NCBI GenBank assembly: GCA_963662625.1
Contig: OY759726.1
Span: 1,120,001 to 1,184,000, forward strand
Length of the DNA stretch: 64,000 nt
Direction: 5' to 3'
From: Nitrosopumilus sp.
GTDB lineage: Archaea; Thermoproteota; Nitrososphaeria; Nitrososphaerales; Nitrosopumilaceae
Shown: positions 29,926-38,888 of the stretch, piece after piece
Layout: each line of letters begins with the position of its first letter
Position numbering within the stretch: position 1 is the first letter of the stretch
Made by a program: the position numbers and the translations under genes
Notes under the pieces: model-generated
Told to the model about the DNA's origin: nothing
The model's database searches: none
The model's input: the letters and a program-made list of their open reading frames with translations, nothing else

Positions 29926-30270
29926 ATGAGGGAAAGCCACATAATGAAGATCCACTACGGCACCGCCCTGGCCGCCGTGGGCCTGGTCGCGGTGCACGTC
30001 CTCATGCGCCTCACACAGGGGTTTGCGGAGTCCCTCGAGTACGAGAGCGTCCTGGCAAACTACAGGTTCATCCCGTACGCCGGGCTGCTGGAAATAATAC
30101 TGATCCTGCTTTCGATCCACGGGTTCAACGGCCTGAGGGTGATACTGCTAGAATTAAAGCAGGGGCGCACGTACGAGAAGGCGGTGTCCTATGGATGTGT
30201 TGCCGCGATGATAGCCCTGATCGCCTACGGCTCGCGCACGATATTCATGCTGAACATGGGGGCGGCGTAG
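29926..30270 (+). CDS. sdhD: Succinate dehydrogenase membrane anchor
   Basis: HGFNGLRVILLE, three TM helices. Confidence 0.85.
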   Translation: MRESHIMKIHYGTALAAVGLVAVHVLMRLTQGFAESLEYESVLANYRFIPYAGLLEIILILLSIHGFNGLRVILLELKQGRTYEKAVSYGCVAAMIALIAYGSRTIFMLNMGAA

Positions 30271-31035
30271 TTGGCGCACGCGTCAGATCTCGCAGAGGAG
30301 AAGACGTCCACCGCGCTGTCCCCCCCCAAGGCGGCCACGCTGCGCATCGCCAAGTTCAACCCGAAGACCGACAGCGGCGCCAGGTACGAGGAATTCAGGG
30401 TGCCGTTCGAGGCGTGGACGACGGTGCTGGACGCCATCCTGGACGTGAAGAAGCACTTTGATCACTCGGTCGCCGTGCGGTACTCGTGCCGCCAGGCTAC
30501 GTGCGGCTCCTGCGGGATGATGATCAACGGCAAGCCGCGGCTCGCGTGCTTCACGAAGATCAGCGAGCTGGGCTCCGACGTCGTCACGGTGGAGCCGATG
30601 CACAACTTCCCGATCATCCGGGACCTGGCAGTGAAGTTCGAGCGCCTCTTCGAGTCCCACCAGAAGATAAAGCCGTACATCATAGGCGACGAGGGGGGGC
30701 AGCCCGGCGGCGGGGAACTCCTCCAGTCCCCGGAGGAGCTTGAGCAGTTCATCCAGTTCTCGAACTGCATAAAATGCGGCCTGTGCAACTCCGCGTGCCC
30801 TACCATGGCTACCGATTCCTCCTTCGTGGGGCCGCAGGCGCTGGCCCAGGCCTACCGGTACGTGGCGGACTCCAGGGACAGGGGCAGGGACAGCAGGCTG
30901 AAGGTCATCGACGAGTCCCACGGGATATGGAGGTGCCACTTTGCCGGATCCTGCAGCCAGGTGTGCCCCAAGGGCGTGGATCCGGCCATGGGCATCCAGC
31001 TGCTGCGCGGCTACCTCCTGGGGTTCAGGGGCTAG
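30271..31035 (+). CDS. sdhB: Succinate dehydrogenase iron-sulfur subunit
   Basis: SCRQATCGSC, CIKCGLCNSACP, CHFAGSCSQVCP. Confidence 0.95.
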   Translation: MAHASDLAEEKTSTALSPPKAATLRIAKFNPKTDSGARYEEFRVPFEAWTTVLDAILDVKKHFDHSVAVRYSCRQATCGSCGMMINGKPRLACFTKISELGSDVVTVEPMHNFPIIRDLAVKFERLFESHQKIKPYIIGDEGGQPGGGELLQSPEELEQFIQFSNCIKCGLCNSACPTMATDSSFVGPQALAQAYRYVADSRDRGRDSRLKVIDESHGIWRCHFAGSCSQVCPKGVDPAMGIQLLRGYLLGFRG

Positions 31036-31400
31036 GGTTTTTTCCGGGACGCGGTGTCGCTTTCCGGGACCTGGGGGCCGGCCTGCTTCTTGGGGTTGGG
31101 GCTGTTGTTCACCTGGTTGTTGATCTGCTCGGCCATGAAGTGGTTTGACACGTTCACCTTGACGTCGTCGATCCCGTCGACGCCCAGCAGGTTGTCGTGG
31201 ATGTCCTGGCATATCTTGAACCCAAACACCGCGGGGCAGAACGGGCTGGTCAGGTGCAGGTCAACCCTGACGTTGCTGTCGTCGATGTCCACCTCGTCGA
31301 TCAGTTCCAGCTCCGTGATGGTGGTGTTGATCTCCGGATCCACTATCTTGGACAGCTCGTCGAATATCTTCACCCGCAACTGCTTGATGTCCTGGCTCAT
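31032..31400 (-). CDS. DUF59 / metal-sulfur cluster assembly protein
   Basis: IVDPEI...ELELI...HLTSPFCP. Confidence 0.87.
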   Translation of the reverse strand: MSQDIKQLRVKIFDELSKIVDPEINTTITELELIDEVDIDDSNVRVDLHLTSPFCPAVFGFKICQDIHDNLLGVDGIDDVKVNVSNHFMAEQINNQVNNSPNPKKQAGPQVPESDTASRKKP

Positions 31401-31449
31401 GTGGGCACAAGCGTCGATGCTATATATAACCATTCTAGAACATTAGTTG

Positions 31450-32913
31450 ATGTACCGTTCGCGCCTCGGCGCAGACCTGGGCGACCTCACCCTGGACTAC
31501 GTCTCGTCCGTGGACGACGACTCCGAGATCGTCCCATACGACATCCTGGGGAGCGAGGCGCACGTCCTGATGTTGCACGACCAGGGGATCATCCCCAGGA
31601 CCGACGCGAGGAAGATCCTCGCCGCGCTGGAGTCGCTGAAGGGCGAGGCGCTGGCCCCCGCGCCCGGCGCCGAGGACATACACGAGCTAGTCGAGTCGCT
31701 GGTCATCGGGAAGGCGGGAATGGCAAGCGGCGGCAAGATGCACACCGCGCGCTCCCGGAACGACCAGGTCGCCCTGGACATACGGATGAAGATCCGCGAC
31801 GACATCATCGTCCTGTGCAGGTGCCTGCTTGACGCGATCGAGGCCCTGGTGTCGCTGGCGCAGGGCCACAAGAGGACGGTGATGCCGCTGTACACCCACC
31901 TGCAGCAGGCCCAGGCGGGTCTGTTCTCCCACTACCTGCTTGCGCAGGCAGACGCGCTGTTCCGCGACCTGGAGCGCCTGCGCTCCGCGTTCGGGCGCGT
32001 CAACCAGAGCCCCCTAGGCGCGGGGCCCGCGGGCGGGACGAGCATCCCCATCGACAGGCACGCCACGGCCTCGCTGCTGGGCTTCGGCGGGGTCGTGGAA
32101 AACTCGCTCGACGCTACCGGCACGCGCGACTTTGTAGCCGAGTACGTCTCGGCGGCGGCGATACTCATGACCAACCTCAGCAAAATCGCCGAGGACCTCG
32201 TCATCTGGTCGACCGCGGAGTTCTCCTTCGTCGAGCTCGCCGACGAGTTCGCGTCCCCCTCGAGCGTCATGCCGCAAAAGAAGAACCCCGACATCCTGGA
32301 ACTGACCCGGGGCAAGACCGCGGGGGTCATAGGAAACCTCGCGGCGGTCCTCGCCACGGTCAAGGGCCTCGCGTCCGGCTACGGGAGGGACCTGCAGCAG
32401 ATCAAGCCGGCGATATGGTCGACGTCGAGGATCTCGATCAGCGCGCTGCTGGTCTTGAAGTCCGTGCTGCTCACGCTCCGCGTCAACGAAAAGCGGATGA
32501 GGCGGTCTGCCGAGTCCGGCTACCTGGTGGCGCTCGACGTGGCAGAGGCGCTGGTGCGGGACGGCGTCCCGTTCAGGACCGCGCACAAGGTCGCGGGCAG
32601 GCTGGTCCATATTGCGCACGGCAAGAAGGCGCGGCTGGGCGGCCTGACCGCCGCCGACGCCTCGGAGGCGGCCAGGGGCTGTAGGGCGGATCCGGGCCTC
32701 GTCCTGAAGGCGGCCCGGGGCGCCACGGTCGCCTCCTCCCTGAGGGAAAGGAAGTCGCTCGGCTCGTCGGGCTACGCGGAGCAGGACCGCATGATCTCCG
32801 ACAGGATCAGGCGGATAAGCTCGTGCCGCGAGGCAACCACGAAGCTCGACAACGACGTGTCGAGGTCACTCGACGCCCTGTCATCCAGGGTGCGGGAACT
32901 GGTCGGGGCCTGA
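31450..32913 (+). CDS. argH: Argininosuccinate lyase
   Basis: EDIH, HTARSRNDQV, YTHLQQAQ, SSVMPQKKNPD. Confidence 0.95.
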   Translation: MYRSRLGADLGDLTLDYVSSVDDDSEIVPYDILGSEAHVLMLHDQGIIPRTDARKILAALESLKGEALAPAPGAEDIHELVESLVIGKAGMASGGKMHTARSRNDQVALDIRMKIRDDIIVLCRCLLDAIEALVSLAQGHKRTVMPLYTHLQQAQAGLFSHYLLAQADALFRDLERLRSAFGRVNQSPLGAGPAGGTSIPIDRHATASLLGFGGVVENSLDATGTRDFVAEYVSAAAILMTNLSKIAEDLVIWSTAEFSFVELADEFASPSSVMPQKKNPDILELTRGKTAGVIGNLAAVLATVKGLASGYGRDLQQIKPAIWSTSRISISALLVLKSVLLTLRVNEKRMRRSAESGYLVALDVAEALVRDGVPFRTAHKVAGRLVHIAHGKKARLGGLTAADASEAARGCRADPGLVLKAARGATVASSLRERKSLGSSGYAEQDRMISDRIRRISSCREATTKLDNDVSRSLDALSSRVRELVGA

Positions 32914-33229
32914 CCCGGGCACGCGCCGCCAGGCGCGGCGCGTTCCGCCGGGCCCTGCCACGCGGGCGGAGGAGCTGGCAAATCCTCAGAACGCCTTATT
33001 AGCAACGGGCACGCAAACCCTTGGCATGGCAGAATCAGCGGCCACAAGGACGATATGCGCGTGGAGCGGGCCCCAGGGCCAGCCCCAAACGCCGGCGGTA
33101 CCCGCGGCAAGCAACCGTGGCACCCGCGTGTCTGCCATGCATGCCGCGAAAGACCGCCCCCCGTCCGCGGTCAACGCGGGCGGGACGCCAGAACGCGCTC
33201 CTGGGTACGACAGACAACGGAGGTTGGAA

Positions 33230-33760
33230 ATGGAAGACGAGAAGGAACCACGAGATAACCGGGACCATGTAGGGGACCGGAATGGATCCGACCGCTACGA
33301 GGACGAGTACTCCTCTGGGGAGACCATTGCGGGCACATGGACCGACAAAAAGAGTTGGGACTACGTGGACTACGAGGGAGTAGACGACGAGGACGACTTC
33401 ACGCCACGGATCATGAGGCTCCTGAGGGAGCACTACGCCCGTGAACGGAGGAGGGAGCGCGGCCTCCGCGGGCTGCTGTCCACGCCGGACTGGGGCCTGC
33501 GGGAGCTGGGAAGCAAGGAGAGGGACGCCGTCATGGCGTTCCGGGAATGCAACGACGAGTACGTGAGGTGCGGGATGAGGCTTCTCTTCCCGCCCCACGT
33601 ACGCCCAGGCCGGGCCACGGCCGCAGTGACGCGTGGGGACGCGCAGCCCCGGGGCGCGGCGCGGCCATGCGCGCCATTGAATGGGCCGGCGGCCAGGCAG
33701 GCCGGCAACACGGTTCCGTCGGAGCCGGCCCGGGAGATGCTGGCGCAGTGGCGTAGCTAG
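33230..33760 (+). CDS. Hypothetical acidic protein; 3' part may be non-coding read-through
   Basis: GGAGG upstream of ATG; host-like codons to ~33600, then low-complexity GC-rich tail. Confidence 0.45.
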   Translation: MEDEKEPRDNRDHVGDRNGSDRYEDEYSSGETIAGTWTDKKSWDYVDYEGVDDEDDFTPRIMRLLREHYARERRRERGLRGLLSTPDWGLRELGSKERDAVMAFRECNDEYVRCGMRLLFPPHVRPGRATAAVTRGDAQPRGAARPCAPLNGPAARQAGNTVPSEPAREMLAQWRS

Positions 33761-33837
33761 TTTGTCGCGCAACTCGACTTTTAGGCACGAAAAACAACCC
33801 CATAAGACGGGCTCAGGCATGGTTGTGCAACAAGCTA
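33758..33837. mobile_element. 80-bp MITE-like element with imperfect terminal inverted repeats
   Basis: TAGTTTGTCGCGCAAC versus reverse complement of right end TAGCTTGTTGCACAAC (13/16); GTAGC present in both flanks. Confidence 0.5.
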
Positions 33838-33881
33838 TCGGTAGCGACACCCTCAAATAATTACCGCCCCGCTGTAGCGCA

Positions 33882-34439
33882 ATGGCGAAAGAAAAACCGG
33901 CACTGCTTGCGGCACTGGCGGTAGCCATCTTCTCGGTAGCGGCAGCCCCCGCAACACTCGCGGATCACTCCGAAGTCACCGTCGTGCCGGCGCAGGGATC
34001 CGGCGTGGCAGGATGCGAGACCACCCCCGAGGGGTGCTTCATCCCTTCCACGGTGACGGTTGACGTCGGAGGGGCCGTGACATTCTCGAACACGGACACT
34101 GTCGCGCACACGTTCGCCGGCGGCACCTCGGGGGACGGCCCAAGCGGCGAGTTTGACAGCTCCCTGGTCATGGCCGGCGCCTCCTACGAGTTCAAGACGG
34201 AGGAAGCGGGCGAGATCCCGTACTTTTGCATAGTCCACCCGTGGATGGAGGGGCTGATCGTGGTGCAACGCGACGGCGACGCCGCCGTGGAGACGATTGC
34301 TGGGACGGATACCATGACGGCGGCGGCGCGATCTTCCACAAGCGGCTCTGTGCCGGATGGAAAGATTCCCATGATGGGAAATCAAACACCCTCAACCTCG
34401 ACAGGTCGTTCTATTCGGTTGGGGACACCGTGGAAATAA
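33882..34439 (+). CDS. Secreted cupredoxin (plastocyanin/azurin family), 0-frame product
   Basis: Signal peptide; GCETT..CFIP, HTF and CIVHPWM type-1 copper ligands. Confidence 0.88.
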   Translation: MAKEKPALLAALAVAIFSVAAAPATLADHSEVTVVPAQGSGVAGCETTPEGCFIPSTVTVDVGGAVTFSNTDTVAHTFAGGTSGDGPSGEFDSSLVMAGASYEFKTEEAGEIPYFCIVHPWMEGLIVVQRDGDAAVETIAGTDTMTAAARSSTSGSVPDGKIPMMGNQTPSTSTGRSIRLGTPWK

Positions 34440-35332
34440 GGGCGTACCAGGACCCTACGGACCGCGACCGGGCACAGGCTGCAACCATAACAATATCTGA
34501 CGGCGACGGCTTCCGGGTCGGGCACTACGTCCTGAACGGCAACGACATCCTCCTTGCAGTCAGGATGGCCCCTAGCCTTTACGGGGTAGGATGCTACACG
34601 GTGCATTCCTCGTTCGACACCTCCAGGCCGGACAACCAGGAGGCGTACGATGCCAGGGACTTCTGCATAGTTTCCGGCCAGGGAAACGGCGGCGCCCCGC
34701 CGTTGGCGACGGGGGTCATGGGCAAGGTCTTCTACGACGTCAACGGAAACGGCGTCTTGGATCCCGACGAGCCCGGGATGGCCGGGGTGGCAGTGGTGAC
34801 GGTGAACGTGGCCGACTTTGCGGACACCGCCAGGACCTCGACCGGCGCAGACGGCAGATACTCAGTCCCGCTGGATGCGGGAGCCTACCTCGTACAGGTC
34901 AAGGGCACCGACTCGCACGCGTATGTCACGGTGGCGGACGGCCAGGCGACCGTCCAGGACTTGGGAGGGCCATCCTCGGGGTCGCACGGCACCGTCACCA
35001 GGAACATAGACGGCAACACCATCGAGGTCTCCGGGGACGTCATCCGGTCCCCGTTTGTATGGGTCGAGGATTCCGGGAACACGGCCATGCCGCACGCCCA
35101 GTACGCGAGGCAGGTCTGCCCGGTAGGGGCGGCGGCCTACTACGACGTGGACGACCTGCAGCCGGTCGGCAAGTATGGCAGGACGATCGCCATGGTCTGG
35201 TGCGGCGGGAACGAGAAGTCGCTCGACCAGCTGATGGTGGAGTCCGGGCTCGGCTGGATCAACGGGCATTTCTGCGAGCGGTCGGAGTTCAGGACCATGG
35301 ACTGGGTGGACGATTGCAAAGGGGCGCGGTAG
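34376..35332 (+). CDS. -1-frame continuation: Ig-like + SdrD-B-like + thermonuclease (SNase)-like domains
   Basis: LDRSFYSVGDTVEI; GKVFYDVNGNGVLDPDEPGMAGV..TGADGRY; GTVTRNIDGNTI..DDLQPVGKYGRTIAMVWC..FCERSEF; no convincing own start. Confidence 0.72.
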   Translation, partial: GKSNTLNLDRSFYSVGDTVEIRAYQDPTDRDRAQAATITISDGDGFRVGHYVLNGNDILLAVRMAPSLYGVGCYTVHSSFDTSRPDNQEAYDARDFCIVSGQGNGGAPPLATGVMGKVFYDVNGNGVLDPDEPGMAGVAVVTVNVADFADTARTSTGADGRYSVPLDAGAYLVQVKGTDSHAYVTVADGQATVQDLGGPSSGSHGTVTRNIDGNTIEVSGDVIRSPFVWVEDSGNTAMPHAQYARQVCPVGAAAYYDVDDLQPVGKYGRTIAMVWCGGNEKSLDQLMVESGLGWINGHFCERSEFRTMDWVDDCKGAR

Positions 35333-35428
35333 CACGTGCCTCGCCCAACGGCACGCCTCTGGCAGGCCCGCCCATTCCCGGAATGACCGTGTTGCAATTC
35401 TGGCATCACCTGGCCGCACGCATCTGTT

Positions 35429-36204
35429 TCAAACCTTTTCAAAACCCGCGTGGCGCATGCTGGCCCGGCTGCGGCCCGCGGGCGGCGGAACCTGTACCGG
35501 ATCCCGGAGCCTATGGCGGCATCCAGTACCCCGCCGGCCAACGCCGGGCCCAGCCTCCACGGAATCCGTCACGATGCTAGGGAAGGCGCACTGGTAGGGC
35601 CTGTCGACTGCCGCGGTCCTCTTGTAAAACTCGACGTAGGGAACGTCATGGTAGGTGAAGACGCCCTCCGGGTAGTGCATGTGCATGAATGTAGAGTCGG
35701 GGGGTTCGGGACAGTCGCCCGTTAGGGTGCCCCACCATTGCTTGCATTCTGGCTTTGCCAGGTGCCCATCGTGTCGTAGCAGCCTCCCACGAAGGTGTCG
35801 TTTTCTTCCAGACGGAGTTCAATCTGGCTTGACGGGTCGTCGGGATCGGCCAGCTTGAGGTTGATTGCTAGGTCAGATACGGCCTCAAAGGAACGCACGT
35901 AGTCGTACATGTGAGTTTCATTCTCTAACAACACAAAGTATTCTCCGTAGCCAATCGGGATTATGAAGGTGTGATCCAGTTCTGGATCCGTGGCACGACC
36001 CCTACACATGTAATCCCCCGCTGAGTCTCTGTGCATATATGGCCTAAACCCTCCTGCTGATCCTCGCACTCGAGGTCGCACGGAGCTTGGATCTTCAAAA
36101 AACTCGGCGTCGGCCACTAGGTTCCGGGAGGACTCCATCATAACCATAGATAGGACTGCTGTCAGTGCCACAATGTCGGCGCACAACGGGAGAGCCTTTC
36201 CCAT
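35429..36204 (-). pseudogene. Hypothetical membrane-anchored protein, probably frameshifted (ORFs 35722..36204 and 35429..35686)
   Basis: Lower GC; N-terminal hydrophobic segment; second ORF in another frame reads as a protein-like continuation (..YQCAFPSIVTDS). Confidence 0.4.
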
Positions 36205-36216
36205 CACACTCTAGGC

Positions 36217-36985
36217 GTGGTCCGCCCCAATAAAACGACACGGGTGCCAAGGCAGGCAATTTCACGGTTTTGGGGCGCGGCCGAAGGGCAGGAAGCGCGG
36301 CCCCCGGGAAACCGCGCCGGGGCGTCGCACCCCGACCGGCCGTCCGTGACGCTGCACTGCCTCCTCGCCGCCGCGAGGTGCCGGTGCGGGCGGGGCCCGG
36401 GGCCGATGAGGCCCGTGAACAAGCTGGTCACGGACTTTGACTCCATGCGCATGGTGACGGCGTGCGCCGTGATACACAGGGCATCCTGCGGCGGCTGCGG
36501 GGCAGTCGCGTGCGCCGAATCGCCGTTCCCGGAGGGCACGTCCCTGGGGCCCGTGGAATTGGGGGTGGTGCTGACGCTGTTTGCCATGGACTGCACCGGC
36601 GCCCGCATCGCGTGGTTCTTCCGCGCCGTGTTCGGGTTCGGGATGGCGGCCAACACGGTGACCGCGGAGCGCCGCGCGATGGCCGCGTCCCTGGCGGACC
36701 TGATCCTTTCCATACGGGAGGAGATACGGGCCCGACCGTGGGTGCGGGCGGGCTAGACCATGTTCAGGAGGGGTGACGGCCACTGGGGGTACGTCTGGGT
36801 GGCGCATACCGACGCGGCGGTGTGGATGCTCTTCTCCCCCACCATGGCCGCCGCCGTGCCGGGCGCGCACTTGGGGTGGCTCAGGGGCAAGGGGGCCGTG
36901 TGCGACGGGTACCCGGGGTACCGGGGGTTCTTCGGGGCGATCCAGAGGTCCCGGGGGCACCTGCTGGCAGAGGCAGAGAGGCCCG
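36217..36985 (+). mobile_element. IS66-family transposase pseudogene
   Basis: Zn-finger-like CRCG/CGGCG, GTSLGP; after a stop GYVWVA..FSPT..VCDGYPGY..IQRSRGHLLAEAE (DGY..QRCWAHLLR). Confidence 0.8.
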
Positions 36986-37000
36986 GACCGGGGATGGAAG

Positions 37001-37074
37001 CGGGTCTAGAGGGATTCGGACCCTCGACAACCGGATTAAAAGTCCGATGCGCTACCTGGCTGCGCCATAGACCC
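37001..37074 (-). tRNA. tRNA-Lys(TTT)
   Basis: GGGTCTA/TAGACCC acceptor, TCGGA-CTTTTAA-TCCGG anticodon arm; atypical T-loop TCCGAAT. Confidence 0.9.
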
Positions 37075-37170
37075 TGTGCAAGACTGCCTGATGCGTATAA
37101 TTTAGCCTTTTAGAAAACTTTTGGCCCATGCAGAAACTTTTAATCAGGCCAATTGTCTCAAAAAACTCGT

Positions 37171-37248
37171 GCCCTTGTAGTATAGCCCGGTCTAGAATTC
37201 GGCCCTGTCACGGCTGAGACGCGTGTTCAAATCCCGCCGAGGGCGCCA
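37171..37248 (+). tRNA. tRNA-Asp(GTC), CCA encoded
   Basis: GCCCTTG/CGAGGGC acceptor, CGGCC-CTGTCAC-GGCTG anticodon arm, GCCA end. Confidence 0.92.
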
Positions 37249-37340
37249 TACCATTAAACCCGATCCCGCGCTTCGCGGGAGAGGCCGCCGCGGGCCGGCC
37301 CGACCAATAAATTTAACAACTTTTCCAGAGACTGCAATCC

Positions 37341-37826
37341 ATGGCAGGCCCCGTTGACGACTCGAGGGTCCTTGACTACTTTGAGGCCTCCATGAGGGAA
37401 TTCCTCCTGGAGCGCTTCTCCCACGTGGATGACTGGTGGAACGCGTGCATACCGCCCGAGGTGCGCGAGGACGCGGCCCGGAGGCACGAGAACGCCAAGA
37501 AGATCAACGACGTCCTGAACAAGCCTGACTATGAACTGATCGACTACCTCAACTTTGACGGCTACGGGAGGATAATCTCGCGGAGGGACAACTGGAGGAA
37601 CCACTTTGAGGCCGTGTTCCTCGAAAAGACGGTGTTCGATTACAAGATGCGGGTCATACTGTCGCTCAGGAACGACATCAGGCACGGGAGGAGGCTCGAC
37701 GAGATAAACAGCACGAGGCTCAGGCTGCACTGCTACGACGTGCTGGCCCAGATATTCGAGGCCAGGCACTCCGGCACTGACGAGCGACACGCCATGATGG
37801 TAAAGCTCGGATTCGGCCCCGGCTGA
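37341..37826 (+). CDS. Stand-alone Swt1-like HEPN domain protein
   Basis: E..MREFL, WW...IP, DYLNF..Y.RII..NW..F..VF, LRNDIRH (RX4H). Confidence 0.75.
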   Translation: MAGPVDDSRVLDYFEASMREFLLERFSHVDDWWNACIPPEVREDAARRHENAKKINDVLNKPDYELIDYLNFDGYGRIISRRDNWRNHFEAVFLEKTVFDYKMRVILSLRNDIRHGRRLDEINSTRLRLHCYDVLAQIFEARHSGTDERHAMMVKLGFGPG

Positions 37827-38006
37827 CCGCACGGACGCGCCCGCCGCACGCCAAGCCGCCGGGAGATGACGCGGGGGCGGGACAAGGCCGGGCATGGCGT
37901 GGCCCAGCCCGGCGGCCGCCGGACGCGGCAGGCCCGGCGCCGCGGATCCCCAGCGGCGGGGCCCTTACAAGAATATTAAAATTCAGGCGGTTCCAGTAAA
38001 AACTCG

Positions 38007-38882
38007 ATGTCTGGAGACCATGGCGAGCAGAAGGCCGGGGACGGCCCCGCCGCCGGTTCCGCCCAAGAGCCCCCCGCGGCAACGACCATAACGGCCGACG
38101 CCGCCAGGGAGGCCCGGATCGACGCCGAGGCCGCCGCCAAGGCCGCCAAGGAGGCAGACGCGGCAGACGCCAAGGCTACCGCCGAGGCCGAGGCCGCCGC
38201 CAAGGCTACCGCCGAGGCCGAGGCCGCCGCCAAGGCTACCGCCGAGAAGGACGAGGCCGCCAAGGCAAACGCCGAGGCCGAGGCCGCCGCCAAGGCGACC
38301 CACGAGGCGGAGATGGCCACCGAGGCCGCCGCGGCAGCCGAGGCCGCCGCCAAGGACGCCATCGCGAGGGCCGAGCACGCAAAGGCCGCCGCCGAGGCCG
38401 CCGCCGAGGCCGCCGCCGAGGCCGAGTACAAGGCGATCGCCCACAAGACCGAGATCTCAAGCGGCTCCGACTATACCTTCAAGCGCCAGAGCGAGGAGAT
38501 CTTCAGGCGGGAGATGGGCGAGCCCGAGTTCTTCCTGAACAAGGAAGACAGGTTCCCGGTACCCATACTCTCCCAGGAACAGCAAGACGAGCTCACGAGG
38601 AAGGTCGAGATTCCGGTCGACAACACCCCAAAGTACGTCCCCCAGCGCGTCCTCAGCCCCGAGTACGGCGGGCTGTCGAACTACGAGTCGGGGGTCGGGG
38701 GGTTCCTGGAGGAGGAGAGGGCGCGCCTGGCGAGGCTGAAGGACGATCCCGAGGCCACCGCGAAGCAGCTGGCAGACGCCAAGCACAGGGTCTCCTACCT
38801 GGAATCCATCCAGGAGAACTACTTCCTCGGGATGAACGTCTTCCGCACCGCCAAGGGCGGCAGGAGCAGGCTGGCCAAGTGA
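38007..38882 (+). CDS. Hypothetical protein with Ala/Glu/Lys-rich N-terminal repeats
   Basis: 30-nt/10-aa repeats AKATAEAEAA, then a globular C-terminal domain with host-like codons. Confidence 0.78.
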   Translation: MSGDHGEQKAGDGPAAGSAQEPPAATTITADAAREARIDAEAAAKAAKEADAADAKATAEAEAAAKATAEAEAAAKATAEKDEAAKANAEAEAAAKATHEAEMATEAAAAAEAAAKDAIARAEHAKAAAEAAAEAAAEAEYKAIAHKTEISSGSDYTFKRQSEEIFRREMGEPEFFLNKEDRFPVPILSQEQQDELTRKVEIPVDNTPKYVPQRVLSPEYGGLSNYESGVGGFLEEERARLARLKDDPEATAKQLADAKHRVSYLESIQENYFLGMNVFRTAKGGRSRLAK

Positions 38883-38888
38883 TGGGGG

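Noticed and set aside
33705-35395. 10-bp inverted repeat GCAACACGGT / ACCGTGTTGC flanking the cupredoxin-nuclease cassette
   Set aside because: Short, extends only with a gap, no target duplication or recombinase; may be chance
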